From the IMG/VR virus record IMGVR_UViG_3300047159_000056, positions 143,397-207,396 of that record: a stretch of DNA of 64,000 bases; one strand, given 5' to 3'. A program made the translations under genes and the position numbers. The notes beneath the pieces are model-generated. The model had not been told where the DNA came from, searched no databases, and worked only from the letters and a program-made list of their open reading frames with translations. Positions 49,096 to 60,449 of the stretch are shown here, piece after piece (position 1 is the stretch's first letter; every line of letters starts with the position of its first letter). The stretch comes from a virus. Taxonomy: Duplodnaviria; Caudoviricetes.

Positions 49096-50007
49096 TTATT
49101 TTATCCATTGTAAGTTGACACCTTGACCCATTTTTCTTTTCATACACTCTTCTGGATCTTCTCCGTCTGACCTAATAATACTAATAGGACAGTAATCAAT
49201 AACGGATCTTAATTTCTTAACAATCCCCTCTGATATACTAGTCTTATCCATATATACTAAGATCTTCTCTGGCACATACTCTCTAAGAAACTCAATCTCA
49301 TAATCCGATACTGAACTTCCTAAGACAGCACATGGAGTATATTCTGGTGCCATAATCAAACAAGCTATTGCATCATACACTCCCTCACATACAATGAACT
49401 TCTTATTATCTCCATGCTCAATTATGTAAGGTGGTTTTGCGCTAATTGGAGGAAAGAAATACCTAATCTTACTATTCCCAGAAAACCTAATCTGATAATA
49501 GAATAGTTCTCCATGATAGAAAAACGGCATTGCTACATTTCCATCCATAAACTTAAAACCAAGTATCTTATATAGTTCACCTAAGTACTTATGACGTCCA
49601 AGTAGATAATTATAACCTACCTCGCTAAAATCATCAAACTCAAACTTAAACTTATCCAAACTCCATTCAGGATCATCTAGTCTAACTAAGCTAAATGGTT
49701 TCCTATATAAGCCAGGTAAGAACTGTTGCTCCCTTACCTTTACTGTTACTTCATCCGTTACATTTATATATTTTCTACAACATACAAAACAAAAGCCAAC
49801 AGTTAAGTCACCCTTTATATACAACTTATGCTTAGTGTGACCTGCCTCTTTACAAAACGGACAATGTATTATATATTCATCATTGGAATTTAAGAACGGT
49901 TTTACTTCTTCCATACTAGACACTCCATAAAATTCTTCTAGGAGAGTCTCAAAATTACAGAATACTAGTTTTGAACCATCTTTTTTCTCTACTTCTTTAT
50001 ACTCCAT
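49096..50007 (-). CDS. DNA primase
   Basis: CPFC...H...CFVC zinc domain; TOPRIM CEGVYDA and DPEE. Confidence 0.8.
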   Translation of the reverse strand: MEYKEVEKKDGSKLVFCNFETLLEEFYGVSSMEEVKPFLNSNDEYIIHCPFCKEAGHTKHKLYIKGDLTVGFCFVCCRKYINVTDEVTVKVREQQFLPGLYRKPFSLVRLDDPEWSLDKFKFEFDDFSEVGYNYLLGRHKYLGELYKILGFKFMDGNVAMPFFYHGELFYYQIRFSGNSKIRYFFPPISAKPPYIIEHGDNKKFIVCEGVYDAIACLIMAPEYTPCAVLGSSVSDYEIEFLREYVPEKILVYMDKTSISEGIVKKLRSVIDYCPISIIRSDGEDPEECMKRKMGQGVNLQWIK

Positions 50008-50079
50008 CTGATAAAAATAAAGGAATCCTTGAGAAAATATTTGATTTATAATCCCAAAGATTCCTAAAGTAAAATTTAA

Positions 50080-50523
50080 TTAATCTTTTTTCTTTGAAGC
50101 TGATTTATGACTCTTTGCCTTTGGAGCTTCTACCACAGGCGCATCATTAATTCCATCTTCTTCTCCCTTTTCCTGGGCTACATCTTCTGCCTCCTCTACA
50201 ACAACATCCTCTTTCTTATTATCAGGTACAGGATTTACCTCTACCTTATTCTCTTCCTGCTTTGGCGAAAATCTCTTTACTGCCTCATCAAGATCCTGAA
50301 CTAAGAGAGGTGTGGATGCAGGAATAGCAGCACACATACTCATTTCAAAACGACCACCTAAGACTAAGGCAATCTCTTTCTCATCGTAAGTAGTTACAAT
50401 AAGAGCAATAAACTCATTAGTAGGCATAAAATCCTGACTAACTGCCTTTGGTGCAATAGATAATCTTGTATTTCCCGACAATGGGAGATTAATCTGTGAA
50501 TTTGTTCCATTAAAAATTCTCAT
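50080..50523 (-). CDS. Hypothetical protein with acidic tail
   Basis: ORF followed by a terminator. Confidence 0.6.
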   Translation of the reverse strand: MRIFNGTNSQINLPLSGNTRLSIAPKAVSQDFMPTNEFIALIVTTYDEKEIALVLGGRFEMSMCAAIPASTPLLVQDLDEAVKRFSPKQEENKVEVNPVPDNKKEDVVVEEAEDVAQEKGEEDGINDAPVVEAPKAKSHKSASKKKD

Positions 50524-50606
50524 AATCTTTTTATATTTTTAAACATTTTACTTTTTCCTCTCCTATATAATCCTATTCGGAAAGGCTTTTCTCAGTAGTA
50601 GGGATT

Positions 50607-51809
50607 TCATGGCTCGGGGAGAGCGTTTTCTTCCTTTACTACTATATCTTTTATATCTGGTGTAACTATAATTGTAATAGTTTTGCTCTCTTCTGGGTCC
50701 GGTTTCTGCCAAAATCTTCTCTTTATAGATGGCTTATAGAGAGAAAAAACTATAACATCTGGATTAACTATATAAGACCTAATCAACCAACCATCATCTG
50801 GCTTATGATCTACTAGGAGAAATTCTTTAGCCTTATATCTAATAATAGCAGACCTAGTAGACTCTTCACTAACATCACTAGGTATATGTAAGACCTCTAG
50901 TTGTTTCTCTAAGTCACTCCCAGATTTAGTAGGTATCTTATCCTGCTTCTTCCCAATAGAAAAACTTATCTCTGGGTATATAGAACTGGGATCGTCATAA
51001 TCTACTATAGCTAAACCCTCTTCATCAAGCTGTAAGGAAGTATATATAGCCTTCTTAATCTCTTTAACTGGTTTAAATATACTCTTCCTCATAGTAAATT
51101 TCCCTAAGTCAACTGGATGAACTGGATGATCAAAGACTTCACTTATTAGGTAATTAAAATCTCTGTAAGTCTTGTAATTATCACGACCAGATAAGACTAG
51201 GATATCACAATTGGCTGAACAAAACTTAAGAAGATAAGGAACAGTAAAAGCCTCTATATCCCTCTGAGCACTAAGATGACCACCAAGAGGATTAAAACCG
51301 ATTACCTTGACATTATTAGACTTACACCACTCCAAGACCTCATAGTTATAATTAAGAGGAGAAATAGGTAAGCCAACATAAGATATCTTCCTAATCTTCA
51401 TAATCTCATCAAGCCTCTCTGTAGAACTAGGATTGTCTACACCAAACTCACCAATAATAGGACTACTAGAGGGAAGAGACTCCCACTTAATATCAGGACT
51501 TAAGAGAACTATGTCAGCCTTAAACCAACTAAGCTCATCTAAGTGATATAATAAGATCTCTTCTAAGCTATCCGAAAAATCAGCTTTTACAATAAGTTTA
51601 GATGTCTTACTAAACCTAGATGCTTCCTCACCTATTCTACAGTCATTGTTTGCCGATATACTAGTAACTATGTACTCTGGCTTAAACAAAGAACTAATTA
51701 GAGCTCCATCATTTGTACTAATATCAAGAGCTACACTGGATACTTTAAATCTTTCTTCTGTCATAATATAGAAATGTTTACAAAATTTTCTCTCTTCTCT
51801 GGCAACCAA
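50607..51809 (-). CDS. Degenerate aldo-keto-reductase-like fold protein
   Basis: LEWCKSNNVKVIGFNPLGG resembles the AKR C-terminal signature; catalytic residues are not evident. Confidence 0.4.
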   Translation of the reverse strand: MVAREERKFCKHFYIMTEERFKVSSVALDISTNDGALISSLFKPEYIVTSISANNDCRIGEEASRFSKTSKLIVKADFSDSLEEILLYHLDELSWFKADIVLLSPDIKWESLPSSSPIIGEFGVDNPSSTERLDEIMKIRKISYVGLPISPLNYNYEVLEWCKSNNVKVIGFNPLGGHLSAQRDIEAFTVPYLLKFCSANCDILVLSGRDNYKTYRDFNYLISEVFDHPVHPVDLGKFTMRKSIFKPVKEIKKAIYTSLQLDEEGLAIVDYDDPSSIYPEISFSIGKKQDKIPTKSGSDLEKQLEVLHIPSDVSEESTRSAIIRYKAKEFLLVDHKPDDGWLIRSYIVNPDVIVFSLYKPSIKRRFWQKPDPEESKTITIIVTPDIKDIVVKEENALPEP

Positions 51810-52885
51810 GTAATATTAGTATTTATCTTGGACCAGGGATTTACATTAACCGTATTCTTAAGAAATATACTATCCCGATATATACTACTACTCTTACAAG
51901 CCTCCTCTAAGACACTAATTATAAGCTTCATAAAAGTCTTATTTCTAAGCAAAACTAATTTAAGTATAATATAATCAGCTTTTCCTAGTCCAGAGGGGTT
52001 AATCGGAATTCCCGCTTTCTTAATCTGAAATAATGAACACGCTTCACAAGGATTTCCAGTATTATTAAAAAACTTAATACACTTGGACTCCCCAGAACTA
52101 GTTGGTATTCTTAATTTCTTTGTCTTCCTATTATCTGTAGGATTCAGAATATTATACCTAGAATGATGTCTGGTATCATATGGCACAATCTCAGGATAGG
52201 AAATCTCATAATCCTTTAGCTTAATAGTCTTTTTATCACTAAGAGCTGTAAATAGATTACTGAGATCCACTATCTTAAGACCCTCTAAGTTATCTTTACA
52301 AATAGTATGAGGATACCCAGGAACATAATCAATTAACCATAACTTATTTCTGTCCTTGGGATATAAGAGCTTTAATACTTTCTTAAATTCATTAAACTCA
52401 TGACTAAGAGTAGTTCTTATATATATATCATCTATTATAAACGTCTGAAAATACCTATCCCCAGATATAATGCTGTAAAAATCATGTATAGCATCCTGTA
52501 TGGTCTGTATAGCTTGAGTCTTTTCGTACTTCTTCTTACCTATACAATCCCAACAAGGCAAATGATAATCACATATATCACTATCTAAGAGAGTAAGTGG
52601 TGGCCTGAAAGTATTACATTTCCAACAATAACCGTTATCCTTTGTAGTCCTATTCGGCCTCTCATAATAATCAGATAAGGTAGTAAAATGATAATCTTCT
52701 AGGTGTTTTTCTAAGTCTTCAAAAGAATCTAGACTGCAACCACATAAGGGACACCTAATCTGTAATTCTGGCGTACTTAGTAAATTCGTATCTAAGATCG
52801 TTCCCATAAAAATATTGTCTTTCCTTACACTCAAAATCTCCAAAATATGACGGGAAAAATACATCACAATCCTCTGGCGTATCAA
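51761..52885 (-). CDS. Zinc-finger protein (true start probably MGTIL near 52808)
   Basis: CPLC..HLEDYH C2H2, CWKC, CWDC. Confidence 0.6.
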   Translation of the reverse strand: MIRQRIVMYFSRHILEILSVRKDNIFMGTILDTNLLSTPELQIRCPLCGCSLDSFEDLEKHLEDYHFTTLSDYYERPNRTTKDNGYCWKCNTFRPPLTLLDSDICDYHLPCWDCIGKKKYEKTQAIQTIQDAIHDFYSIISGDRYFQTFIIDDIYIRTTLSHEFNEFKKVLKLLYPKDRNKLWLIDYVPGYPHTICKDNLEGLKIVDLSNLFTALSDKKTIKLKDYEISYPEIVPYDTRHHSRYNILNPTDNRKTKKLRIPTSSGESKCIKFFNNTGNPCEACSLFQIKKAGIPINPSGLGKADYIILKLVLLRNKTFMKLIISVLEEACKSSSIYRDSIFLKNTVNVNPWSKINTNITWLPEKRENFVNISIL

Positions 52886-53285
52886 AAACCTCAGTCAAGT
52901 AAAGAGAATCTACTAGGGAATAAGCCTCTCTATATACTTGGCCTCCACCTATAATAAATACATGCTCCTCTTCTTGACAACTCCGTAATGCATCCTGAAG
53001 ACTACTATAAACTTCACAACCAGGAAAGTCTCCTCCCTGCCTGCTAAGTACTATATTTCTTCTCCCCGAAAGAGCTCCCCCTGGTAAAGATCTAAATGTA
53101 TTAGACCCCATAATAATAGGATGACCCCTGGTGAGCTCTTTAAAATGCTTCATATCATCCTTAATTCGATAGCAAAGATCATTCCCCCTACCTATAGCAA
53201 AGTTACCCGTCGCTACACACGCAATAATAGATACTTCCATAACCCTATTCTTCTCCTTCTCTATTGCTCCTGCCCTTAATACCAT
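52755..53285 (-). CDS. folA: Dihydrofolate reductase (start probably 53240)
   Basis: IG..NDL, DMKHFKELT, IMGSNT, GRRNIVLS, IIGGGQVY. Confidence 0.9.
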   Translation of the reverse strand: MVLRAGAIEKEKNRVMEVSIIACVATGNFAIGRGNDLCYRIKDDMKHFKELTRGHPIIMGSNTFRSLPGGALSGRRNIVLSRQGGDFPGCEVYSSLQDALRSCQEEEHVFIIGGGQVYREAYSLVDSLYLTEVFDTPEDCDVFFPSYFGDFECKERQYFYGNDLRYEFTKYARITD

Positions 53286-53502
53286 ACTTATCTAAGACAG
53301 GCACAAGAGAACTATCACAGAAATTTTGTAAAGAATCAATCTCTAATAACTGCTTAACTCCATACATATACTCCTCATGAATCTCCCTCTGCCTACTCCT
53401 CTACTGCATGAATATTAAATACTAAGTAAGCTAATTCCAAACATAAGATACAGAGAATACATAAGAGCATTATTTCAAAAAACTTAATGCTAAATCTCAT
53501 TT

Positions 53503-54285
53503 CTAAACCGCTACCTCCGCTTTTATACTAGGCCAAGGATCATAACCACTTAAGACAAAATCCGAATAAGAAAAACTAAATATATCCTTAATATCTGGAT
53601 TTAATTCCATCTTAGGCAACGCTCTAGGCTCTCTCTTAATCTGTTCCCTAGCTAAGTCTAAGTGATTAAGATATAAGTGAGCATCCCCAAAAGTATGTAT
53701 AAAATCTCCTGGCCTATAACCTGTTACTTGACTTACCATAAGAAGTAGTAGAGAATAAGAAGCTATATTAAAAGGAACACCAAGAAAACAATCAGCACTC
53801 CTCTGATATAATTGTAAATCTAAGTATTCACCCCTAACATTAAACTGAAATAAACAATGACAGGGAGCAAGCGGCATCTCTGGTATATCCGAAGCATTCC
53901 AAGCACTAACTACTAAACGCCTAGACTCTGGATGCTCCTTTATCAGGTTAACTACATTCTTAATCTGATCTATACAACCATTCCAAGACCTAAACTGATA
54001 ACCATATATCTTCCTCAAGTTACCATCTTTATCCGCCCACTCATTCCAAATCCTAACACCATGCTCCTGAAGATACTTAACATTCGTATCCCCAGAAAGA
54101 AACCAGAGTAACTCATATATTATACTCTTTAAGTGCAATTTCTTTGTAGTGAGTAACGGAAAACCAGAACTTAAGGAAAATCTAAGCTGACGACCAAATA
54201 CACTCCTAGTCCCTACACCAGTCCTGTCCTTCTTCTCTATGCCGTTCTCTAAAATATCCTCTAGTAAATCAATATACTGTTTCAT
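53503..54285 (-). CDS. thyA: Thymidylate synthase
   Basis: [36 protein letters not shown]. Confidence 0.95.
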   Translation of the reverse strand: MKQYIDLLEDILENGIEKKDRTGVGTRSVFGRQLRFSLSSGFPLLTTKKLHLKSIIYELLWFLSGDTNVKYLQEHGVRIWNEWADKDGNLRKIYGYQFRSWNGCIDQIKNVVNLIKEHPESRRLVVSAWNASDIPEMPLAPCHCLFQFNVRGEYLDLQLYQRSADCFLGVPFNIASYSLLLLMVSQVTGYRPGDFIHTFGDAHLYLNHLDLAREQIKREPRALPKMELNPDIKDIFSFSYSDFVLSGYDPWPSIKAEVAV

Positions 54286-54300
54286 TTTTTCTCCCTTCTC

Positions 54301-54798
54301 TTAATATGTGAAAAATTTTAAAGACCTATCACCACTAATCCCTCCTATATGCAAAAACTTAGACGAAATCTTCCAGAACTCTACATCAAATCCAGAATCA
54401 TTCACGATCTCAGTAAAACATGTAGGATTAATAGAACTAAAGAAACCAGGATTATAACCTAAGATCTCATCCCTATACACAACACAAGTCTGACCAGAAA
54501 TCTGCAGCATAACCACCAATCTCTTTTGATGACTTTAATAATTTCTCAATTGAACTCTGACTTTTATAAAATTCCTCTAAATAATCCTTAACATTACTTA
54601 GGTCACACGGGAGTAGTATAGACCTTCCCAAGTTCCATCCCCTACTCCCGTATTAGAAAACCATAAAATCAGTAAAACCTAACCTATCTAGCTTGGTGCC
54701 ATACTCAGATGTTTCCCTATCTAAGTACTTGGTCTCTTCCCTGATTAAGTAACATGGGATCCGTAATAACTATGTTTCTTCCTTTCTTAAATTTCATA
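54301..54798 (-). pseudogene. Multiply frameshifted gene (TDPCY-motif protein); probably assembly indels
   Basis: ATG at 54798 (MKFKKGRNIVITDP); coding-like sequence continues across frames into ORF 54301-54519. Confidence 0.45.
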
Positions 54799-54872
54799 AT
54801 TCCCTATTTTAGTCATTTCAATTATAAGGGGACAAAGACCAAAATATGAGCATTTTATTGAAAAAACTTTTT

Positions 54873-54905
54873 CCGCCTAGGAAGATATTAAACGCCTTAT
54901 ATATG
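54873..54905 (+). promoter_or_regulatory. Bipartite promoter CCRYC-N17/18-CCTTATATRTG (first of at least 12 copies)
   Basis: Core box at 54895, 55135, 55416, 55680, 56021, 56313, 57447, 61063, 61645, 62230, 62727, 62836 (+) and 40564, 42243 (-). Confidence 0.75.
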
Positions 54906-54950
54906 AAAGGAATACAATAGTGTAGTTCCTTAATTTAAAGATAAAAGAAA

Positions 54951-55079
54951 ATGAAAAATATTTTTAGAGATCTTAAGTTTAGTGAAATAGACGAAGATGA
55001 TAAACAGGTAGAGGAAGAAAAACCTAGTAAGAAAGTGTTAGATTATTTGTTTGCTCCAGATAAATTTAATGGAGCATAA
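54951..55079 (+). CDS. 42-aa acidic early peptide (MKNIFRDLKFSEIDEDD...)
   Basis: Has its own promoter, leader hairpin and terminator. Confidence 0.6.
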   Translation: MKNIFRDLKFSEIDEDDKQVEEEKPSKKVLDYLFAPDKFNGA

Positions 55080-55191
55080 AAATAGAAGGGAAGTAAAATT
55101 CTCTTCTTTTTTTCACCCAAAATATATGCAGAATCCTTATATGTGAAAGGAGGATAATAGTATCTTTCCTTAATTTAAAAAAATAAAAAAT

Positions 55192-55332
55192 ATGATTAAT
55201 AATTTAATCAATTTATATTACTCAGAGATGAGACCAAATTTAGACGGCCCTCCTGAGAAATATAGAAGAGGACGAGAATCCGGGATTAGTAGACCGAATT
55301 ACTTACAAGTGGTTTCCATGGTATTAATATGA
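55192..55332 (+). CDS. 46-aa early peptide
   Basis: Has its own promoter, leader hairpin and terminator. Confidence 0.45.
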   Translation: MINNLINLYYSEMRPNLDGPPEKYRRGRESGISRPNYLQVVSMVLI

Positions 55333-55424
55333 TCATGGACAAAATTATGTTTAAAAGAAGAGGAGAAGTAAAATTCTCTTCTTTTTTTTTCTTCCGTCTT
55401 AGAAACCCGGGAAAACCTTATATG

Positions 55425-55657
55425 TGATAGAGAATAATAAAATAAAATCGGCGACGAGGTCATAGTGCACTCCCATAGAGGAGACGAGCAGCAGACCACC
55501 CGGTAATCTCTCTATCATATTTATGATGATCAAGTCATAATCCAGTGGCAATAGCGCAGGGCCACACGCGAGGATTACGGCCGCCAAGATCATCAGGGGA
55601 GCCAGTTCCGCAAGTCCCTAGTATGGATATCGAACTATAACTGGCTCCCAATTTTTT
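55425..55657 (+). ncRNA. GC-rich structured ncRNA candidate with three hairpin domains
   Basis: Follows the promoter at 55416; no + strand ORF; TGATAGAGA/TCTCTATCA, TGATGATC/GATCATCA and GGGAGCCAGTT/AACTGGCTCCC helices, then a U-tract. Confidence 0.65.
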
Positions 55658-55731
55658 CCGTCCCAATAATATATAGGATCCTTATATATGAGAGATAATA
55701 ATGTCCCCTCATAATTTAAAATTTAAAACAT

Positions 55732-55956
55732 ATGAGAATGTTTAAGGAAGTCTCTTTCAGAGAAGTGAATGAGACAAAGATAGACTGGAACACAATATTA
55801 CAGGGAGTTCCAGTTACAAAAGAAAATATAGAAAAGGTTAGACAAGCATTGCAGCCTGAGAATAATAAACCAGAAGAGGATGATCTATTTGTAGATCGAT
55901 ATCCTGGTAACTATGAAGATCTATCGGACGAAGAACTAAATCGTCCCCCTAGGTAA
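55732..55956 (+). CDS. Small acidic early protein
   Basis: Cassette gene. Confidence 0.65.
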   Translation: MRMFKEVSFREVNETKIDWNTILQGVPVTKENIEKVRQALQPENNKPEEDDLFVDRYPGNYEDLSDEELNRPPR

Positions 55957-56073
55957 GTAAGTAAAGAGAGAGGGACAATTAAAGTTCTTTCTTTTTTCCA
56001 TCTCAATTTATATATAGGATCCTTATATATGAAAGATAATAATGTCTTTCATGATTTAAAAATAAGAAAAAAT

Positions 56074-56248
56074 ATGAGCAAAGGATTTAGTGGGATCTTT
56101 GAAGATGATAAAACAACAAAGATCAACTGGAATACAATACTATATAAAACAGGGGTATTCCAAATACGAAAAATAATATAAAAAAGATAAAAACAGGCTA
56201 TCCTAAAGCCTGTGGGAGTGGGGAAATATATTTTTTGAAACCTACTAG
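56074..56248 (+). pseudogene. Frameshifted paralog of 55732-55956
   Basis: TKINWNTIL, then after a shift GIPNTKNNIKKIKQA, versus TKIDWNTILQGVPVTKENIEKVRQA. Confidence 0.55.
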
Positions 56249-56371
56249 AAAGAGAAGAGAGGACAATTAAAGTCCTTTCTTTTTTTCTTCCGTCTTAGAA
56301 AATAAATAGGATCCTTATATATGTATGAGAGAAGCAATAGTGCAAACTCTTAATTTAAAAATTAAAAAAAA

Positions 56372-57388
56372 ATGAAAAAGATAAATGAAAAAACGATTCT
56401 TACACCGAATGATAGTAGGAACCTGAGAGTCGTAGTTGCTGAAGACTGCGACACTAAGAATTTATTATTTGGGTTACAAGAACCTGGATATAAAATTGAT
56501 GATGAATTTTCTGATTATATTGGTAAACACGATAGAATAATCAGGAATGCCCCTCTGCCAAGATGGTGCAGGGAAGAATTAGACCTAGGAAAATGGGTCA
56601 TGATAAACAAAATTGAGTTTGACCCAGAGACCAGATGGGTAAAGGTCATAGGAAAAAGCGATTGGCCAGAAGAATCAGAAATAGAAACTGACCCGAAATG
56701 GTCAATAAGATCAGAGGGCAGTAATTTTTATAAAACGGCCATTCTGACAAAGAGAATTGATAGAACGACTAAGATATTTGGTCAGGAAATCGAGGATTAT
56801 AGGTTCAAGGACGTTGAAAAGATTAAATGTCCATATGATACCTCTAGTGGGTATTGTGATAATCCAGCATACAAGAAAGAAAGTATTGGCTGGACAATAG
56901 GGGAACCAGAAATAGATGACAAAGGAACAGTAGTGTGGCTATTTAGAGACCACATGCTGCTTCATGAAATCAATGTTAAATTTACAACAATCTGGAAAAT
57001 AAAAGAGACCAGAGTTTCTAGTTGTAAGTTTGACGAAACAACAAAGACTTGGGGAGAACCTGAGTTCGAGGATAACGTAGTAGAAAAAGAAATAACTACT
57101 ACGGTCTACGGCGACGGCAAAAAGGTATGTAGTTGTGGAATAAGCGAAGATTCAGCACCAGCAAAAGAAATAAATGCTAGAGCTGAAGAACTAAAATCTA
57201 AAGCTCTGTATCTGATGGAAAAAGCTACAGAGTGGAAGGAAGAACTCCTTTCTGAATGGGAGGAGTGTACAGGTAAAGAGGAGAGTGAAGACCAGAGAAG
57301 AATGTGTGATACTTACTCTACCTATAGAAAATATAAGGTAGAAGCTAAGTCTGAGCACTTAAACTTCAATGGGATGGTCACTATCTAG
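56372..57388 (+). CDS. Hypothetical early protein
   Basis: 338-aa cassette gene. Confidence 0.7.
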   Translation: MKKINEKTILTPNDSRNLRVVVAEDCDTKNLLFGLQEPGYKIDDEFSDYIGKHDRIIRNAPLPRWCREELDLGKWVMINKIEFDPETRWVKVIGKSDWPEESEIETDPKWSIRSEGSNFYKTAILTKRIDRTTKIFGQEIEDYRFKDVEKIKCPYDTSSGYCDNPAYKKESIGWTIGEPEIDDKGTVVWLFRDHMLLHEINVKFTTIWKIKETRVSSCKFDETTKTWGEPEFEDNVVEKEITTTVYGDGKKVCSCGISEDSAPAKEINARAEELKSKALYLMEKATEWKEELLSEWEECTGKEESEDQRRMCDTYSTYRKYKVEAKSEHLNFNGMVTI

Positions 57389-57586
57389 ATATATAAAGGA
57401 GAAGCAGGAAGAAAAATCCTGCCTTTCTTTTTTATTCCCCTAGGTTCCTTATACATGATGAAAGAGAGGAGAAATTTTTTTACCTATCCTTTTATAAATT
57501 CAAAACTGGAGAAAGATGGATCGCGATGGTTAGTCTTTCTCCTTAATTTTTGCTCCTAGGATAAATAAAAATCCTTATTAGTAATT

Positions 57587-57889
57587 ATGAAACTAAAGAA
57601 ATTTTTTAAACTGCACTTCTTATATAGATTGGCAGAAATAAAGTCAAAGGAAAACTATCTAGAAAAAGGAATATATATAACTCCTACACTGGATAATATA
57701 AGCGAACCAGATAAAGAATGGATAAGAAAAGAATGGGATAAGCTAGAAATTAAAGAGACAAAAACAGACTTCGAAAAATTTAAAGACATAGAATCAGTGG
57801 TAATCCCAATTATGTACTGCTCTACACTAGCCATTATATTCTTCCTAGCCGCTATCCTCTATATAACTGGCAATATCCTAAGAAACTAA
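57587..57889 (+). CDS. Protein with a C-terminal TM segment
   Basis: ORF. Confidence 0.6.
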   Translation: MKLKKFFKLHFLYRLAEIKSKENYLEKGIYITPTLDNISEPDKEWIRKEWDKLEIKETKTDFEKFKDIESVVIPIMYCSTLAIIFFLAAILYITGNILRN

Positions 57890-57913
57890 AAAAGAAAAGA
57901 GAGAGAAGATAAA

Positions 57914-58273
57914 TTATAAATCTTCCCTCCCTATTTTTTCTCCTAGAACCAAACTATCAAGATCATGTAAGGTAAATCTCTTAAACTCTTCCTCTATCTC
58001 CTCTCTCCACTCAAACCAATCATTTCCTTCAATCTTAAACTTCCTATATCTACACCTAAGAGCAGTTTTATGAGCCATAGTCGCACCCTCTAGAAAAACC
58101 TGAGAAACTATAACCTTACCAGAAAACTCCCTTAATGTCCTCTTCACATTATTCGTAAATCCTATCCTCATCTTATTATTGTCTAACCTAATTAAATATA
58201 TAGTACCTTTCATATCATTAGTAAGGATTTTTAGCGGGAAAATAAGGAAGAGACTTTTTATCGTCCCTTCCAA
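57914..58273 (-). CDS. T5orf172/GIY-YIG-like domain protein (start probably near 58213)
   Basis: GTIYLI...RIGFT.NV..R and EGNDWF. Confidence 0.65.
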   Translation of the reverse strand: MEGTIKSLFLIFPLKILTNDMKGTIYLIRLDNNKMRIGFTNNVKRTLREFSGKVIVSQVFLEGATMAHKTALRCRYRKFKIEGNDWFEWREEIEEEFKRFTLHDLDSLVLGEKIGREDL

Positions 58274-58281
58274 TTTTTTCT

Positions 58282-60449
58282 TTAATTTTTTAACCTCTTA
58301 AGTAATTCAAAACCATGTGACCTTTTGTTATTTATATCGTATACAAAAATGTCTTTAATATCAAACCACCCACTAATATCTGATGCTTTTGCTTTTTTTA
58401 TATATTTGCATTTGTTATAAATATCTTGTAACTTTAACTTTAGATCAGCTTTAGAAAATTTATCTCCTTCTTTATAGAAAGCATAAACTTCTTTATCTAA
58501 GACAGTCAGGTTATTCTTTATAAACAGATTATCAATTTCCTTATCTAGTTTTACTTTGCTATACCCCAATGATCTTATTTTTGGTGCACCTAGGATATCA
58601 TAATAATTTCCATAAATAGGAGGAATTCTAGAAAATAAGATCTTAGCCTCCAATGGTTTAATATTAGAGTCACATAAATATTTCATCTTATTATAAAAGT
58701 TATCCAACATATTAAAACAATCAATAATTCCATTAACCCTCTTTACCTCAATTGAATCAAATCTATTATCAATTGCGTTAAACACTGTACACCTGTCAGC
58801 ATAATCTACTTGTTGAATGTCAAATGCTCTCTGTTCTGCTACTAAGACTAGATTATTAAATACGGCTACAGGAACTCCACCAGCATGTCTATTTAAAGCT
58901 AAATAGTCATCCCTATAATTATTAACCTTAATATTCAACTCATAAAGTTTAGCTGAGCCTAATTGTTCCTTACTGGATATCTTATTCCAAATAGATAGAT
59001 AAGTATTAGTGCTCTCAGTTTTCTCCTTGATCTTACTATCAAATTCTTCCTGTAACTCCTTCTTGTTTTTCCTAATTGGATTAAAATAAATAGTAGCTAT
59101 ATATTTCCAAGGATTTTTATCATTCCTCATTCTTCCTAAGATCTGTGGTAGGTCTATAGAAATATCAATAGCAAGACACTCTACGTTCGCATCACTAAAT
59201 ATATAAGGTCTTTGCATTGTCTGTATAGAAAGTCAGCACCTAAGTAGACGGTCCTTGTACAAAAGGTAAATAGTTTCCATTCTTCATCTGGTAGAGGAAC
59301 AGATCCTATATATTTATTTGGATCACTTGGCTTAATCTTAAATGCACTTCTAATCTTCTTCTCATTTTCAGAAGTATCAGCACATAAGATATTACATTCA
59401 TCTGGAGTAAGCTTTAATCTATTAATAAGACTACATATAGAAACAACTGAATTAAAATATAAAACAGCATGCTTTGGAGGAATGATTATTATTTTTTCAG
59501 TATAAGGTTCTTTGTATCTATAACATTCTTCTGGTCTAAAACCATCTTCACTTCTAAACTTTGTAATAATTTCCTCAGCTTTTCTTAACATTTTTGCACA
59601 AGGATAAGATTCAATAATAGGATGAATTACTCTTTCCTTATCTTCTTTTTCCCAATCTAACTCTATGTAAGGAAGATCTTTGAAATCATCTAACTGATCT
59701 AAGTATTTTTCTAACATAGGAGTAGCAGATACATAACAAACTTTAGGATTATCTTGTAAGTGTCCAACAAACTCCATCTCTGTTGAAGGCTTGAATCTAG
59801 AATCCGTCATCACTGATTGGAACTCATCAATAACTATATGAAATCTATCATATACTCCAATCTCTTGCAAAGCTTCTTTAACCTTCCTGAAACTATCATA
59901 AGTAACTAAGATCTTACAAGGCTTAGCAGACTCTTTATTAACAAAAGGATCAACTTGACAAGACTTCCAATGATCCTTTACCTCATTCTTAAATTGAACT
60001 AAAGCATTTAATCTTTTCTCTGCCTCTTGCTTAGCTAATTCTATTTCCTCAGGTGTAGGATCTTTTTTAAATATCTTATCTTTGCTTTGATACTTCTTTT
60101 CATTTTTCTTAGTATCTGATATATCTTTGTCCACTTCCAAAGAAATATCCATAAATTTATTCTTGACATACAAAACATTGAGATCTTTCTTATGTTGATC
60201 AGCTTTATTTTGTAAGAGAATCTTTCTTGGACTACAAAGAATAATATTTAAGTTTGATGTAATAGCCCACTCAGTAAAACCACATCCTGTTAATTTCTTG
60301 TCAATTATACAGGGAAAATCTGGTAAACTGAAATCTTTCCAATCCGATAAATATTTTATACCTCTTGGAACATTTTTTATTATCTTTTTCATATTTAATG
60401 ATTTTTTTAATTCATATTTCCTGGCGAAAGGAGTTTCCCCAGTATTCAT
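58282..60449 (-). CDS. SF2-helicase-like protein (origin-binding type), split by frameshift(s) near 59200-59230
   Basis: LTGCGFTE, IDEFQ, SATP, TRTVYLGADF, then IFSD...DLPQILGRMR (motif VI) in the second ORF. Confidence 0.7.

Noticed and set aside
56190-56225. IS605-like end (CAGGC...GCCTGTGGG)
   Set aside because: Better explained as coding sequence of the frameshifted paralog of 55732-55956.
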